64,000 nucleotides of DNA from Rhina ancylostomus (GCA_030265395.1 JARFYF010000007.1:26498226-26562225), one strand, 5' to 3'. Positions 1-12,000 are shown, counted from the stretch's first letter. The notes: generated from the sequence alone by a model not told the origin. A program made the numbers and translations.

Positions 1-24
1 AAGCTGTTCCTCACAGATAGTTAC

Positions 25-1010
25 CTAGAATTGTGCCTTCTGAACTGTACCAAAGTCCCATAAATCCTATTGTGAACATGCCTCAATGCAACTTCTGAAC
101 TATACCAAGTGCCAGATATCCTTCCTCTGATCTGAGGCTTATTATGATCAGTCCCCCTTCTGAACTGTACCAATTCTGATCTGTATCAACTTTTGAACTG
201 TGTCTCATTACGAGCAGGTCCCCTTTGACAATAATCTCCTTCCAAAATATGTCTCATTCCTAGCAGTTCCATGTTTGAACTATGCTTCATTATCAGCAAT
301 TCTCTGAAATGCACCATTTTCAGAACTGTAACAGAGAGTGCTGGAATCAATCAGCAGGTCAAGCAGCATTAGCTGAAAGAGAATCAGAGCTGACATTTCA
401 GGTAAAGAATACTTAATCAGAACTGTTCTGAATCGTTCTGATGGAAACATCAACTCTTGTTACCATCGCCACTGATGCTGCCTGACCTACTGAGTGCTTC
501 CAGTATTCTGCTTTTTTTTCTTGAAAACCACTAGAGGATGGTTCTGAGGAAGGATCCTGACCCGAAACGTTGCCTGCTTTTCTCCATAGATGCTGCCTGG
601 CCTGCTGAGTTCCTCCAGCATCAGAGGGTTTTTCATTTAGATTCCAGCATTTGCAGTCCTCTGTTTCTCTATTTTTTTGGTTCAGATTCCCAACATCTGT
701 GGTTTTTTGCTTTGTACTTCAGACTGTGTCTCCTTGCCAGTAATTCCATTTCTGAACTGTATGTCACTGCTAGCACTCTGAAGTGTACCGCATTGGCAGA
801 ACTCCTCCTTCCTAACTGCACCAAACCCCAGTTTCTGAAATTCACCACTTCAAAACTGTACCTGTCAGCAATTCCACTTCAGAATTTTTACTGCCACCAA
901 TCCAGTTTCTGAACCACACCATTTCAATCCTGCCTCATTTCTCACTGAGCCTCATTTCTCACTGAACCTCATTGACGGAAACCCATTACCAGAATTGTAC
1001 CTCACAGAAA
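25..1010. repeat. Decayed minisatellite with core TTCTGAACTGTACCA, interrupted by two short dispersed repeats at about 333-715
   Basis: More than 15 degenerate copies of the core, e.g. at 38, 93, 158, 175, 749, 833 and 907. Confidence 0.7.
333..715. mobile_element. Short Penelope-derived non-autonomous repeats (two or three pieces, both orientations)
   Basis: Shared motif gatgctgcctg(a/g)cctgctgag...ccagca, also seen at about 6110, 15960, 25480, 27330, 33270, 38870, 45850, 46660, 47460 and 63240, and at the end of the long element at 25700. Confidence 0.7.
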
Positions 1011-2864
1011 TCTGCTTTATACAAATTTTCTGGTGCAATGGAATAGTTGGAAACAATGATCCGTTTTCCATTTGTTTTTGACGTTAAAATATGTACATAA
1101 TAAATATTGATGAGGCCATACTAATCCAAGGTACTGTTACACTAATGTATTGCATTCATTGGATACCTCTTGCCATTGTTTATTATGTTAGGACTTTAAA
1201 TGGGTTGTTCACACTGAAGTTTCAAGTTGTCGGAGGACATTAAAAAATATTTTGGTTCATGTGCAAGGGGCAAAGGGACATTTTGTGACAAATCTATTAA
1301 TAATACTGCAACTACCAAAGAAAGAGCAAGATTGGCAAGTAACAGATCACTATACTTTTCCCTTTACTATTCAATGGATCTTGACAAATTGTGGAAGAAA
1401 AATAAGCATCCTGTTAACACTTTCCTAATATTTCATACCCATCCTATAAATGACTGTTGTGAATACAAGACTGAATGATGTTATGGTCAGCATGAATATT
1501 GATGCACTTGCAACCTAATCTGGTGGCCAGACATATCAGAATTGTAGCAGCAATCAAAATCAGCCATGGCATTATGCCAGGAGAGCTATAGCTATATTCT
1601 GGTAATAGGAAAATTACTTGTTCAGAGACATCAGCATCTGTATAATAATTCCCTATCAGCATGAAAACATGACCTAAATGGTCTTTCCCTGTGAGCTGAA
1701 GCCAATATGTCATATTATCTATAGCTTCTAACAACAGCTAGAATACACTAATCACAAAATATTTGCCATAGTGCAAAGTCTTTTTAATCAAAATGTATGA
1801 AGTTTTTGAATCTTTGGTGGTGATGATGAGGGAACAGGAAATGATATTATAGTCTTTATGACTCTCTGGAAGAATGTGCTCGGAAAACTTAATGAAGTAT
1901 TCGAAAAGGATTAACAAACACTCCTTTAATATACTATTACGAAAGGAAAACATGTTTTTTGGCCTGTTGTAATATTTAAGTTACCATATTGCCAAGTCCT
2001 TCAGGAAAGTAATAATCATATTTAAATATAAAGGAAAAGACGCAGCAGATAATCTCTTGGGGGTAACAAATAAATCTGCCAGACAAGATGGACCATAAGC
2101 CATTTGAGTTACAATTTTAGTAAAATCCCCAAGTATTTTTTGTTGTCTTTAGTCATATTAGAATAATTCTAATTGGATGTTAGAAATGATATTATGACTT
2201 CAATGATAATATGCATACAGCTGACCATGGCTACTCCGCACACTTGTCTTTTCTACATGAGTCTTAATATCTTTGGTTGTCAAAAGTCTATCAACATCAA
2301 ATTATAAATTAACAATTGACCCAGCATTAACATTAACAATGTTTGATTTGGGGATTTCTAAATTTTTAAATCATCTTTTTCATGAAGAACCATTTCCTAA
2401 CCATTCCTAAAAGGCCTAATCCAAGAATCCAAACCACTATGAGGGTTTCTTTATATCTGCTCTCCATTCCACAAAATATCCTGAAAGTTTACAATCAGGT
2501 CATCCTTAATCTTTCTAACTTTCAACCCTCACTATCCTCCTCTTTCTCCTGCTCCTGTGAGCAGTGCCAAAAGGCATGTTACTCCTGTACATCCACCTGT
2601 GCTGTTTTGTAATGTTGTCCAGAGGAAGCACACCTCAGCCATCCAAGGGACTTTGGCTTGTGTGCACTGAAAGATGCCTCTGGATCTAATCAATTCTGAA
2701 ATCTTCAATATACCAATGATATGTCCAATAACACATTACAAGGTGACATGGTGTTTATGGTGTCACTTTTGGGTCCAATTCTGCAGGTTTCTGAGATCTG
2801 TCATCAATCACGTTTTAAAATGTTTTATGAACTACAATAACATAGTTAAGTTACAGGACTAGCA

Positions 2865-3515
2865 GCCAGAGTCAGGGGCTGCTAATTCAGAGACATCCCT
2901 TTGAATCTTGTCATAGCAGCTGGAGAATTTAACTTCTAGTAATTAAATTAAAAAATCTGGAATTTAAAAAAAGCTCACCTCAGTAGTAAATGTCACGAAA
3001 TTACAGGCTGTCTCCAGGTTACAAACACCTGACTTATGGACACCCATACATATAAGTGAGCTCCCATAATATTAAATTCAAAAATCCCACATACATACAT
3101 ACGTTCATTCCTACAAATGGCAGAATTAGTTTCCTCTCCCTCTCTATTTTCAGGAATTGTTCGTTGCTATCAGTCACATCTGTTTTTGATGCCATTCACT
3201 ACAATACTGTGGAGATATGGTACCATACCACGTGATTTTTGTGTATTTTTGGACTTGTAGAGAAAATTGACAGGGATGTCTGTAAAAACAGGACTTATTC
3301 GTTACTGGCACAAACCTATATTGGATTTTTATAAAAGCTCAACTGGTTCACTAATGTCCTTCAGGAAAGGAAGCCTGCCTTCCTTATCCAGTCTGACCTA
3401 TATGTGACTCCAGATTCACCAGTGTTGTTTACTCTCCTCAGTTCAAAGGCTATTAGGGATGAACAATAAATGCCATCATTGTCAACAATATTCACATCCC
3501 ATGACCAAATAAAGT
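2865..3515 (+). mobile_element. Old SINE-like repeat with a nested MITE
   Basis: Head similar to 28390-28520 and 39135-39245. The host sequence resumes (ttggatttt...ctggttcactaatgtcc) after the MITE. Confidence 0.55.
3004..3318. mobile_element. pogo/Tigger-like MITE, copy 1
   Basis: Left TIR TA|CAGGCTGTCTCCAGGTTAC; decayed right TIR; internal identity with 16143-16439 (tttgatgc.attca.tacaatactgtggag). Confidence 0.7.
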
Positions 3516-3910
3516 AATACCCCTTGTCTCCAGACAACTAGCTGATACCTTTACTTCAACATAGAAACAGACTGCTGCAGGCTGTTGAAGGCATCATTGT
3601 ATCCATCCCAAGGCTAGAAGTGTGGAGTTCTACTAATGACAGCACAGAGCTCAATTCCATTTGTGACTGTTCAGATATTTAAGCAGTTTATATCTGGTTG
3701 CAATAAGACCTGGACAAAAGTCAGACCTGGGAGGTAAGAGTCACTTAACATTTGTGACACACAGGTACCCCTCAATGACAATCTCTAAAGATTATTAATC
3801 TCTAAAGTCTNNNNNNNNNNNNNNNNNNNNNNNNNNNNNNNNNNNNNNNNNNNNNNNNNNNNNNNNNNNNNNNNNNNNNNNNNNNNNNNNNNNNNNNNNN
3901 NNNNNNNNNN

Positions 3911-4081
3911 GAAAGCCCGCACGCGGCAAAGGTCAGCTGACTGGCGTAATGTCAGCAAAGCAACAAAAGCGCGGGACTTTCAAACTGCATATTAGCGCCA
4001 GTAGGAAGTAATTCAGGGCTTCTGGCTCAACAACCTCCGACTACACACGTGAGTCTCGTTTACCCGTAGCTAGCCGCTACA
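3911..4081. mobile_element. End of a probable LTR, truncated by an assembly gap and inserted in a LINE remnant
   Basis: CpG-retaining segment ending ...GCTACA. Immediately followed by cagccacataaa, which continues the LINE family seen at about 41070. Confidence 0.5.
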
Positions 4082-4344
4082 CAGCCACATAAATCTGACT
4101 GGGGCTAGGTAGACTGCAATGTGATTCACCTCCTGACTATCCAAAGTTCATCAAAGATCTCCAATGCATAAATCAAAAGGAGTGATAGAATACTTTCTAC
4201 TTGTCTGGATGAATGCAGTTCCAACAAAACCATCCAGGACAAAACAGCTCATTTTGTTTGGACAACGTTGTCAGATTTACTCTCCCATGAGAATCAAAAA
4301 TTATCCTGACAGCAATGATTCAATACCATTAACAGAAGTTAGTG

Positions 4345-4815
4345 TCATAGAGCTGTAGAGCACAGAAATGGTACTTTGGCCCAATTTGTCCATGCCAGCC
4401 ATGATGTTTATCCACACTAATCCCACTTGCCTGCATTTGGCCTATATCATAGAACAATACAGCACAATACAGGCCCTTCAGCCCACCTTGTTGTGCTGAC
4501 CTTTAAACNNNNNNNNNNNNNNNNNNNNNNNNNNNNNNNNNNNNNNNNNNNNNNNNNNNNNNNNNNNNNNNNNNNNNNNNNNNNNNNNNNNNNNNNNNNN
4601 NNNNNNNNGACTATCTAACCCCTCCCTCCCACATATCCCCCTATTTTAAATTCCTCCACATGCTTGTCTAACAATCTCTTGAATTTGACCAACATATCCC
4701 TCTACTCTTTTCCTATACAAGTACTTGTCCAAATGCCTTTTAAACATAATTGTTTCTGTCTCTACCACCTCCTCTGGTTCCATATAGCCACCACCCTCTG
4801 TGTGAAAAACCTGTT
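4345..4815 (-). mobile_element. CR1-type LINE 3' tails (nested, spanning a gap)
   Basis: Resembles the CR1 3' end at 35000-35250. Confidence 0.6.
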
Positions 4816-5399
4816 AATTTTATTTGTCCATATTAATACAGGCTAAAATTAGACCAATAGTTATCAATACTAATACAGCAAGAGAGCAGGCACACAAGGA
4901 TTGCAGTCACAAAATCCATGTCCAAGATTCATCTCTTTTGTGTACTCACTTTAAGGTACGAGATTATTGTATAGTTCTCAACTATCAAGTCATTATAATT
5001 TTACCTCACATTAAAAGTTTACTCTGAAATAATTATATTTTTAATGGTCTTGTGGTTACAGGATTTAACTTTACCTACAAATTATTACACCATCTACTAC
5101 CACAAAAATACACTTCTTTCACCACCGTCGCACCACTGGTGCTGTGGGTGGTGTCCACAATCTGCACTGCAGTCACCCATCAGCATTCGACTTTGTGTTC
5201 ACTTGCACAAGGGTAGCAGTTGGAATACCTTCACTCGCAGTGGCCTGGTCCAGGAGGTATGTTCTCAGGGGCAACCACTGAGTAATTCTCAGCCTTTCCC
5301 CGTGCACCTTTGGTCACTCGGTGACACTCAGGCTTGAGGTGATTCTTGCTCAGTTATGCAGTCACTGGGCGATGACTGGTGCTCCCCGGGCTCTCCTTT

Positions 5400-5850
5400 C
5401 CGCCTTTCGCAGTCATTGGGTAATTGCCAGTCTTTATTTTTCTCTGCACCTCCTCCTCAGCGTGGTTCCTTCTTTTCGTTTCTTGCTGACTCGGGGTGAT
5501 TGGGCTCGGAGCTTCTTGGCGGATTTCCCGTCCCCCTGGCCTGGAGCCGCGAAGACTCAGCCTGAGGCGCCAGGAGGTGAGAGTGATGTGCGGGGGCCGA
5601 GCGCCGGGCCTAGTGCGTGGGGCCGAGCCTCGGGCCCACAGTTGAAGACCGGCCTATGCTCACTCAACGTGGAGCCGAATCCGCGAACGAATGGCCGTCG
5701 ATCAGCAGACGGACTCGAATCTACTTCAGTCCCGGCGCTGATGGACCGTCCATCATTTTAAAGCTCTGGAATGCAGACGACTCCTCTCTTCACTTTTTAA
5801 ATGTTTCTCATTTTAAATCATTACCTGACGCGGCCCCTGGAGCTTAGTGA
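5400..5850 (+). promoter_or_regulatory. MTIF3: CpG-rich promoter and non-coding first exon of MTIF3 (candidate donor GGAG|gtgaga at 5576/5577)
   Basis: CpG-dense island about 3.7 kb upstream of the ATG exon. The ATG exon begins with a splice acceptor one base before the ATG, so an upstream non-coding exon is required. Inverted CCAAT boxes (ATTGG) lie near 5415 and 5499. Confidence 0.65.
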
Positions 5851-6354
5851 CAAGAATTTGTTGTTATTTTGTCGTTTGTTAATTATGCATTTGTTTAAAA
5901 GAATGTGTCTACAATAGTTGCTGATTATCACGGCCGATTATGTCAACAGACTGTTCATCCTAGGAAGAGATTGAAGGCATTAGCGATGGATTTTAAAAAG
6001 AAAGCAAGTTGAAGCAGGCGTCTGTTAACAATCCGAAGACCGTGTTTAAGTATTCATAAGCATTCAGAGGCGTAAAGTTCAATTTGCTATGAAAACTGGT
6101 ACCAAACAATTCCTTTCCCCCACAGATGCTGCTCGACTCGCTGCCTTCCTCCAACAGTTTGTGTTTTGCACGATCAATTTGTTGCAAACCTCATTAAATA
6201 GCCTCTGCATTGAAACTGAAGGAAGAAAAGTTAAGCAAGCTGGAGAAGAATGAAATAGAGGTGAAAGTGGCATGCTAATTGGGTGATGTACATCATAGTG
6301 CTTCCCAAGGTGGGCGAAACCATCCGGCTGCACAGATATTGCAATGTGACCATT

Positions 6355-7410
6355 TTTAGGTGGTCCCTTGTGAACAAGAATGACGCCAGTTTTGCGTTTT
6401 CTTAAGTAATTGATAAGGCCAATATGAAACCCATAGATTTTGCCACAGGTGGCACAAAAACTGCTTGCAGTGCAGTTGGGTGGACAATTTGGGAGTTGGT
6501 GCACTCATTCTGTCATTTATGCTGGGTTTGAGTGTTTCTACCATGTGGATTCAAGGTTGCAAGGGAATGCTCTTTCTCCACTTTGAGTTGCCCTGGAATA
6601 TTGATTGCAACTTGTTTGTGGGGTGATTGAACTTTTTAGTAAAGATTTGAGAATCTTTTCTTCTGTCTACACTATATCCTTTTACCATAAAGTGTATGTT
6701 TTGGGAGTTTGGTGTCTGGCTTGCGAATGAGGTGGCTTGCCAAACAGATCTGACAGATTGTAGTTGAGGACTCAATGCTAGAATTTGTTGGCTTGGGAGA
6801 GGATATTGATTCACTGGGCCTGCCAGTGAATTTGGATGACTTTTCATGTATCCCTCCAATGCTTTGCTGTAAACAGTCCAATTCTGAGAAGAGTAGAGCA
6901 GGGATCATTGCTGCGGACTGAGTTTTGTACTGAACTTAAGGACTTCATCTTCAAAGACCCATTTCCTATTATATCCCAAGGCTTTAAGGGCAATAGTGAG
7001 TTTAAGGTTATTCCTGAGATTTGGGAAGCACTCCACCTTTTGCAGAGTCTTGTCATGGATATTTTAATCAGGGGACAGTGATATATAACAGACAGGTTGA
7101 AGGAAGACCTTGTTTTGAGGATATTACAAGAAAGGCCCATTCTCTCATGTTTCAGTGAAGGAATTGACCCTGATTTGGATCTTGGTCCATAAATACACAA
7201 ATATCCTCCTGGCACTGTTATTGGGATGACCTTGGTTGAACACTAAATTATTGGGGAAACTCATTGGTGGTAAGTTGCAATACAGCAGCTTTCTGCAATG
7301 AGATAGAATCTGTTGTGGTTTAGGTCATTGCTTGTGTGCCACCATAAAGTTTTCTGATTGACACATCGAAGGCTTTAGTGAGGTTGAAAAAGACCACGTT
7401 GTACCCTGCA
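6355..7410 (-). mobile_element. Decayed RTE-clade LINE (RT through C-terminal zinc knuckle)
   Basis: Minus-strand peptides VFFNLTKAFDV, SHLIRKPDTKLPKHTLY and CATCGKIYGFHIGLINYLR are typical of RTE ORF2. Many stops and frameshifts. Confidence 0.8.
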
Positions 7411-7424
7411 GTTTGATGCCAGCA

Positions 7425-7695
7425 CTGGCAGCACAATAGTACACAGCTAGTAGAGCTGCTGCCTCCCAACTCCAGTGACTCACTTTCAATCCTGATCTCT
7501 CCTGCTGTGTGGAGTGTACATGTATTCCTTGTGATTACATGGGTTTCCTTCTACATTCCCACACCCAGTTGGATGGATACATTAATTGGCTACTTTAAAT
7601 TCCCTCTGATGTGTAGGCGAGTGGTAGAACCCAGCCGGAGTTGTGGGGAAAATAAAACCAGATTAGTATAGATGGGTGCTTGTTTCAGACTTGGT
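7425..7695 (+). mobile_element. tRNA-derived SINE (V-SINE/HE1-like)
   Basis: tRNA-like head (gctagtagagctgctgcctc...ttcaatcctga), then tgtgtggagt...tgggtttcc...ttaattggctactttaaattccc, a layout typical of fish V-SINEs. Confidence 0.65.
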
Positions 7696-7760
7696 TCGTG
7701 ACTATAACATACAGGTGTGTACCCAGCCAGCTACTGACTGGATGGTAACAGCAGAAGCAG
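7689..7760 (+). other. Candidate 72-nt 5'UTR cassette exon of MTIF3
   Basis: Acceptor gcttgtttcag| and consensus donor CAG|gtaagt. Lies between the promoter and the ATG exon. Confidence 0.4.
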
Positions 7761-9293
7761 GTAAGTTTGGCTACAATTATCAGCCTCGCTGATCCAGCAT
7801 CGATGTGAACATGAATGTCCATTACAGCAAAGTGAACATTAAAAGCAAATGACAGGTAATCCCCTCTTCAAAATTTGAGAAGCCGGGACTTAAGGTTTTT
7901 TTTAAAAAGATGGATCCAGCTTGGTAGCAACAAGGAAAAGCTGAACTTTGAAATACCAAGTCATAAGGGGTTGTGATTGAATACCAAACTACAGTATGGG
8001 GTAAAACCAGTACCAAAAATATTCTCAGTAACTCTAGAAATGCTAAAGGGGATCTACTATCTGTGCTTAGGTGGATTGTAACAACCACTGATGAGAATCT
8101 CTAGATACTCAGTGCTCAGAAGAATGCATCAGTACTACAATCAAGTTTAAAGCAAATGTGACTTCTATTAGGAGATGGTAATCTATTTAGGACTGAGTAG
8201 ATCAAAAACCAGTGAAGGAAAACTGAAGCCATCATCAAAACCAGGAAACCCAGTGTTAAATAAGCCAAGCTCGGTTTGGGTATGATCTAGTACAATGTTG
8301 ATTTATACTACATCTTGCCACAATATAGACACTTCAGCTATTAAAAGGATTTAAAAAAATACTAGGGATCACTAAAAATTCTGTGAACTGTTTAAAGAAG
8401 CAACTTGTAATTGTGCTGGTGAGAACCATCAAGATGATTTAGAGTCCTGAATTAGGCAAAACTCCAGTAATATGCAGGTTACAGAAACTCAAAAAACTAG
8501 CTTAAGTTTTACTCTAGTTTTAAATGATTTACTTTTTTTAAAAGAATAAACAGTGTAGAATATGGAAATTGGTTATGAACTCTAATTATTACCTTTGTTT
8601 GTATCATATAACCTACAGTTCTCTGGACTGCAACTACTGCTTATAGTAGATAAGCTGCAAGGAGCCCTCGAATAAAGAGAAAATGTTTTGAGTTCTGTGC
8701 CTCAAGCATTTGTCTGGATGCTTCAAAAGTTTTTGAAGAAAGCACCTCTAGCTTCTGTCATTTTAATTTTGCAAATGCAAAATACCTTAATGTTTAGATA
8801 AGCCAGTCAATTATAAAGAAAGAACTCATTCTTGTTGGGGAAAACAGCAATTTAATGTAACTTAAGGTGAAATTAGACATGGGGAGAATTGGCGTCTTGC
8901 ATTGTGTCGATGGAGCACAATATTCAGGAATTGAGCCAGTTGTCTTGAGGAACAAGTGGAGAAAAAGAATAAACCCAACAAACTGTACTTTCAGAAAGGT
9001 ATTAGTTTTGAATTATTTTAGCTCTTTGCTCTTGGATTTTTTTTAAAGGACCAAACAGACTACTTGTGATCCAAATACATTTCTATAATTTCATGTAATA
9101 CAACTCCATAAGCTAGTGCTCAAGTTCCTTATTCATGACATGAAACTGTAGTGTCTCAACCAGAAAGCAAGGTGGTTTTCTTTCAAGCTCATCAACTTCA
9201 AGTTAGGAAATAAAAGTAACAATATGCAATATCATTACACTGCCATAGTGGTGTAAAACCTACTCATTCAGTTTGTCTATATTGTCTTTCAGG

Positions 9294-9792
9294 ATGGCTG
9301 CAAGTTGCATAAGAAAAATTGCTTTCCAAACCTTACAAAATAAAACTGGTTGGCATATTTGCAAAGAAAGTGCAAGATATTTTCATAGCTTATCTGTACA
9401 AACAGTGACAATGATTCCCCCATCCAGCTGCATCATACCCAATTGGAAACAAGCTTGCTGGATGCCACCTCTAAAAACCTTTACAACTGCTGGTGAAGAT
9501 GAGCCTCAGGCAGTGCAACACAAGATGAAAAAGGATCCAAGAGCCAGAACTACAATAGGAAGCATTGGTAGAAAAATTAGCCACCGCATCATTCATGTAA
9601 TAGATGAAAATGGAGAAAACCTAGGAAATCTACACAGGGCCAATGTTATTCGTATGATGGATGAGCGTGGTGTTAAGATTGTGCCCCTCAACGAAAATGC
9701 AGATCCTCCAGTGTACAAACTAATGACAGGAAAACAGATCCACGAGGAACAAATGAAACTCAGAGAAAAACAAAAGGCCAAACTTAAATCTG
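9294..9792 (+). CDS. MTIF3: Mitochondrial translation initiation factor 3, coding exon 1 (transit peptide + IF3 N-domain)
   Basis: Acceptor tctttcag|G at 9292/9293, ATG at 9294. Translates MAASCIRK...IGSIGRKISHRIIHVIDENGENLGNLHRANVIRMMDERGVKIVPLNENADPPVYKLMTGKQIHEEQMKLREKQK, the IF3-N signature of vertebrate MTIF3. Donor G|gtatgt at 9793 (phase 1). Confidence 0.96.
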
Positions 9793-10572
9793 GTATGTAG
9801 GTGTCATACTGTTTCTCCTAAGATTTCACTAAAAGCTCAAAGTATATTTAGAATATTCTCTTTTACATATATAGAACTAGGACCATCTGATTCTATTCTT
9901 TGTGATTCAGGCCCTGGACTTGTTGTCCATTGGAATCACTAGAAAATTTTAGTGGCATTATTCAAGTGTGTGGAGAGTTCCCTTTCAATAAAGTTTTACT
10001 GCCAGCTCAGGTGAGGTAGCCAGGTTCTAAAAGCAAAACAAATGTCAAGCAATTTGCTCACTGATAAATTGGTGCTGAGAGTCCCTGCATTGCCATCCAG
10101 TGGGCAGAATGTGGAAGTGTCATATTATCGGGAAAGTATTATTTCCACAAATCAATGGCTTTAATGTAATTGGAAAAAAAAACCATGAACCAACTGAAAA
10201 TAGACAAACATCTAAAGGCAAAGTACTGCAGCTACTGAGCATCAGAAAGAAAAAAAAGCTGGAAATAAGGTNNNNNNNNNNNNNNNNNNNNNNNNNNNNN
10301 NNNNNNNNNNNNNNNNNNNNNNNNNNNNNNNNNNNNNNNNNNNNNNNNNNNNNNNNNNNNNNNNNNNNNNNAGCATCAGAAATAAAAAAAAGCTGGAAAT
10401 AAGGTTATGCAGGTTTGTAAAGAGAAAAGGTTAATGGTCATGGACACTTCCTCATTTGCTTCAAAATAAAAGTAGGAAGCATTTAGATTTTGAACATGTG
10501 GTCCAGGTGGATAATGCACACATTTTAAACAGGAAATAGTTAACTGCATTTTCTTTTTCTTTCTGATTGTAG

Positions 10573-10727
10573 GAGTTTGCCAAATCAAGGAACAAACTTT
10601 CTCGGCTGATATTGCAAAGCATGACCTGCAAACAAAGATTAAACATATCCAGCAGTGGGTTGAGAAGCACCATCACGTTAGAGTTACTGTTCGAAAAGGA
10701 GCTGCTATAGATAAAGTTGATGAAATG
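10573..10727 (+). CDS. MTIF3: MTIF3 coding exon 2 (start of IF3 C-domain)
   Basis: Polypyrimidine tract and tgtag| acceptor. Phase-compatible translation (G)VCQIKEQTFSADIAKHDLQTKIKHIQQWVEKHHHVRVTVRKGAAIDKVDEM. Donor |gtaaga at 10728. Not present in the ORF track. Confidence 0.94.
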
Positions 10728-11724
10728 GTAAGACTATGCACATGAATAACAAAACTTCTGCTTAAGTCTATTATTATGCCAGCATTGACCACAGAGCTAC
10801 CAAATCAAAGAAGGCCTGAGATCAAAGTATTTTAACTCCTCTCCTTTGTATTACTTCCAAGATTCATTAGATTTTGAATCAGTTGCAACCCACTGTCTAC
10901 AACATTGAATGGGTGTTGAATGTAATTGTAATAGAAACTTTGACAATCTACAAAGCTGCATAGAATTAAGATAGTAAATGTGATGCAATCAATGGATATA
11001 GAGCATGTATACTAGTTTGAAGTGTATTCAAATGCAAAGATAGGCATTACTAGATACAGGTGTACACAATCAACATTAGTCTCAAGAGCATTTTTCAAAT
11101 TTGAAAGATTGTTATTTGAATATGCTTGCTTTCAGAGAATAAGTGCCGGAAATAAACCCAACTTTGTTTACAAATACATATACCAATCTAAACATTGCTG
11201 AATTTCAGGTCATGAAAATGATTTGCATCCTGTATAATATGCTACATGGGATTGCAAGGGTCTTCAAGGCTATTCTGAGCACAGTGATCTGGCAAACTAC
11301 ACAGAATTTGCCATCTTGATGCTTATCCAAGAACACATGGATTTCTAATTTTAAAATTGTGGATGAGACCACTTCCAATGGAAATGTAACTTGTTCAGTG
11401 GTAATTTCTTCAAAAGGCTGATCTGCTTAGCCAAAGACAATAGAAGGGTCTTGTTTTTAAGAAGTTGCTGGCAGAGAATATTCACTGTACTAATTCTGAA
11501 AAATTCCAATTTACAGTAAGTGCATAAGCTATTAGCTACCCAAGGGGAATTGACTGCAGTGTGAAGTCGAGAACCCCATTTCTCTGCAAAAAGACCTTCC
11601 AAGTTTTTGAATTATAACTTGGAAAACTACAGAATTACTTTGTGTAATCTGAATTAACAGCATGTGCTACAACTATTTATACTATGAACAGTTTTTCTAA
11701 CTCTTATATATAAATCTCCTAAAG

Positions 11725-11889
11725 GAATCACTGCTGGATCAAATTGTTCAGTCCATGCCAGACAAAGCTACCTACGTATTCAGACCAAAGATCATTAAAG
11801 ACGGGAAAGCTGTTATGTGTGTTCTGCGGCACCTATCTGAAAAAGAAATGAAGAACTTCAAACAAAGTGAGCTGAATCAGACTGCTTAA
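11725..11889 (+). CDS. MTIF3: MTIF3 last coding exon
   Basis: Acceptor cctaaag|. Translates ESLLDQIVQSMPDKATYVFRPKIIKDGKAVMCVLRHLSEKEMKNFKQSELNQTA*, TAA at 11887-11889. Spliced CDS is 499+155+165=819 nt, giving 272 aa. Confidence 0.92.
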   Translation, partial: ESLLDQIVQSMPDKATYVFRPKIIKDGKAVMCVLRHLSEKEMKNFKQSELNQTA

Positions 11890-11941
11890 AAGGTGTTTGC
11901 TTTAAAATTTTGACTGAAATTCCAGATGAATAGTTTCACTA

Positions 11942-11958
11942 TTTATTATGCTTTTATT
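11942..11958 (-). terminator. Two minus-strand AATAAA hexamers, probable GTF3A poly(A) signals
   Basis: TTTATT on the + strand at 11942-11947 and 11953-11958. I saw no AATAAA or ATTAAA on the minus strand between the GTF3A stop and these sites. Confidence 0.55.
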
Positions 11959-11994
11959 CAAAGCTATTCCAAATTCTTCTCATTACAGATCATT

Positions 11995-12000
11995 AATAAA
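11995..12000 (+). terminator. Probable MTIF3 polyadenylation signal AATAAA
   Basis: First + strand AATAAA after the stop codon, about 105 nt downstream. Confidence 0.6.

Noticed and set aside
25-1010. Repeat-spacer appearance suggesting a CRISPR-like array
   Set aside because: The repeats are highly degenerate with irregular and mutually similar spacers, the context is vertebrate, and there are no cas genes.
5321-5761. 146-aa ORF over the MTIF3 CpG island
   Set aside because: GTG start, no recognisable domain, and GC-rich promoter DNA lacks stop codons by chance.
7425-7510. tRNA-like sequence
   Set aside because: It cannot form a full cloverleaf and continues into a SINE body.
10238-10405. 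Apparent direct repeat agcatcagaaa.aaaaaaaagctggaaataaggt on both sides of a 100-N gap
   Set aside because: The same pattern occurs at the gaps at 41486, 52215 and 63455. It is typical of overlapping contig ends joined with a placeholder gap, not a biological duplication.
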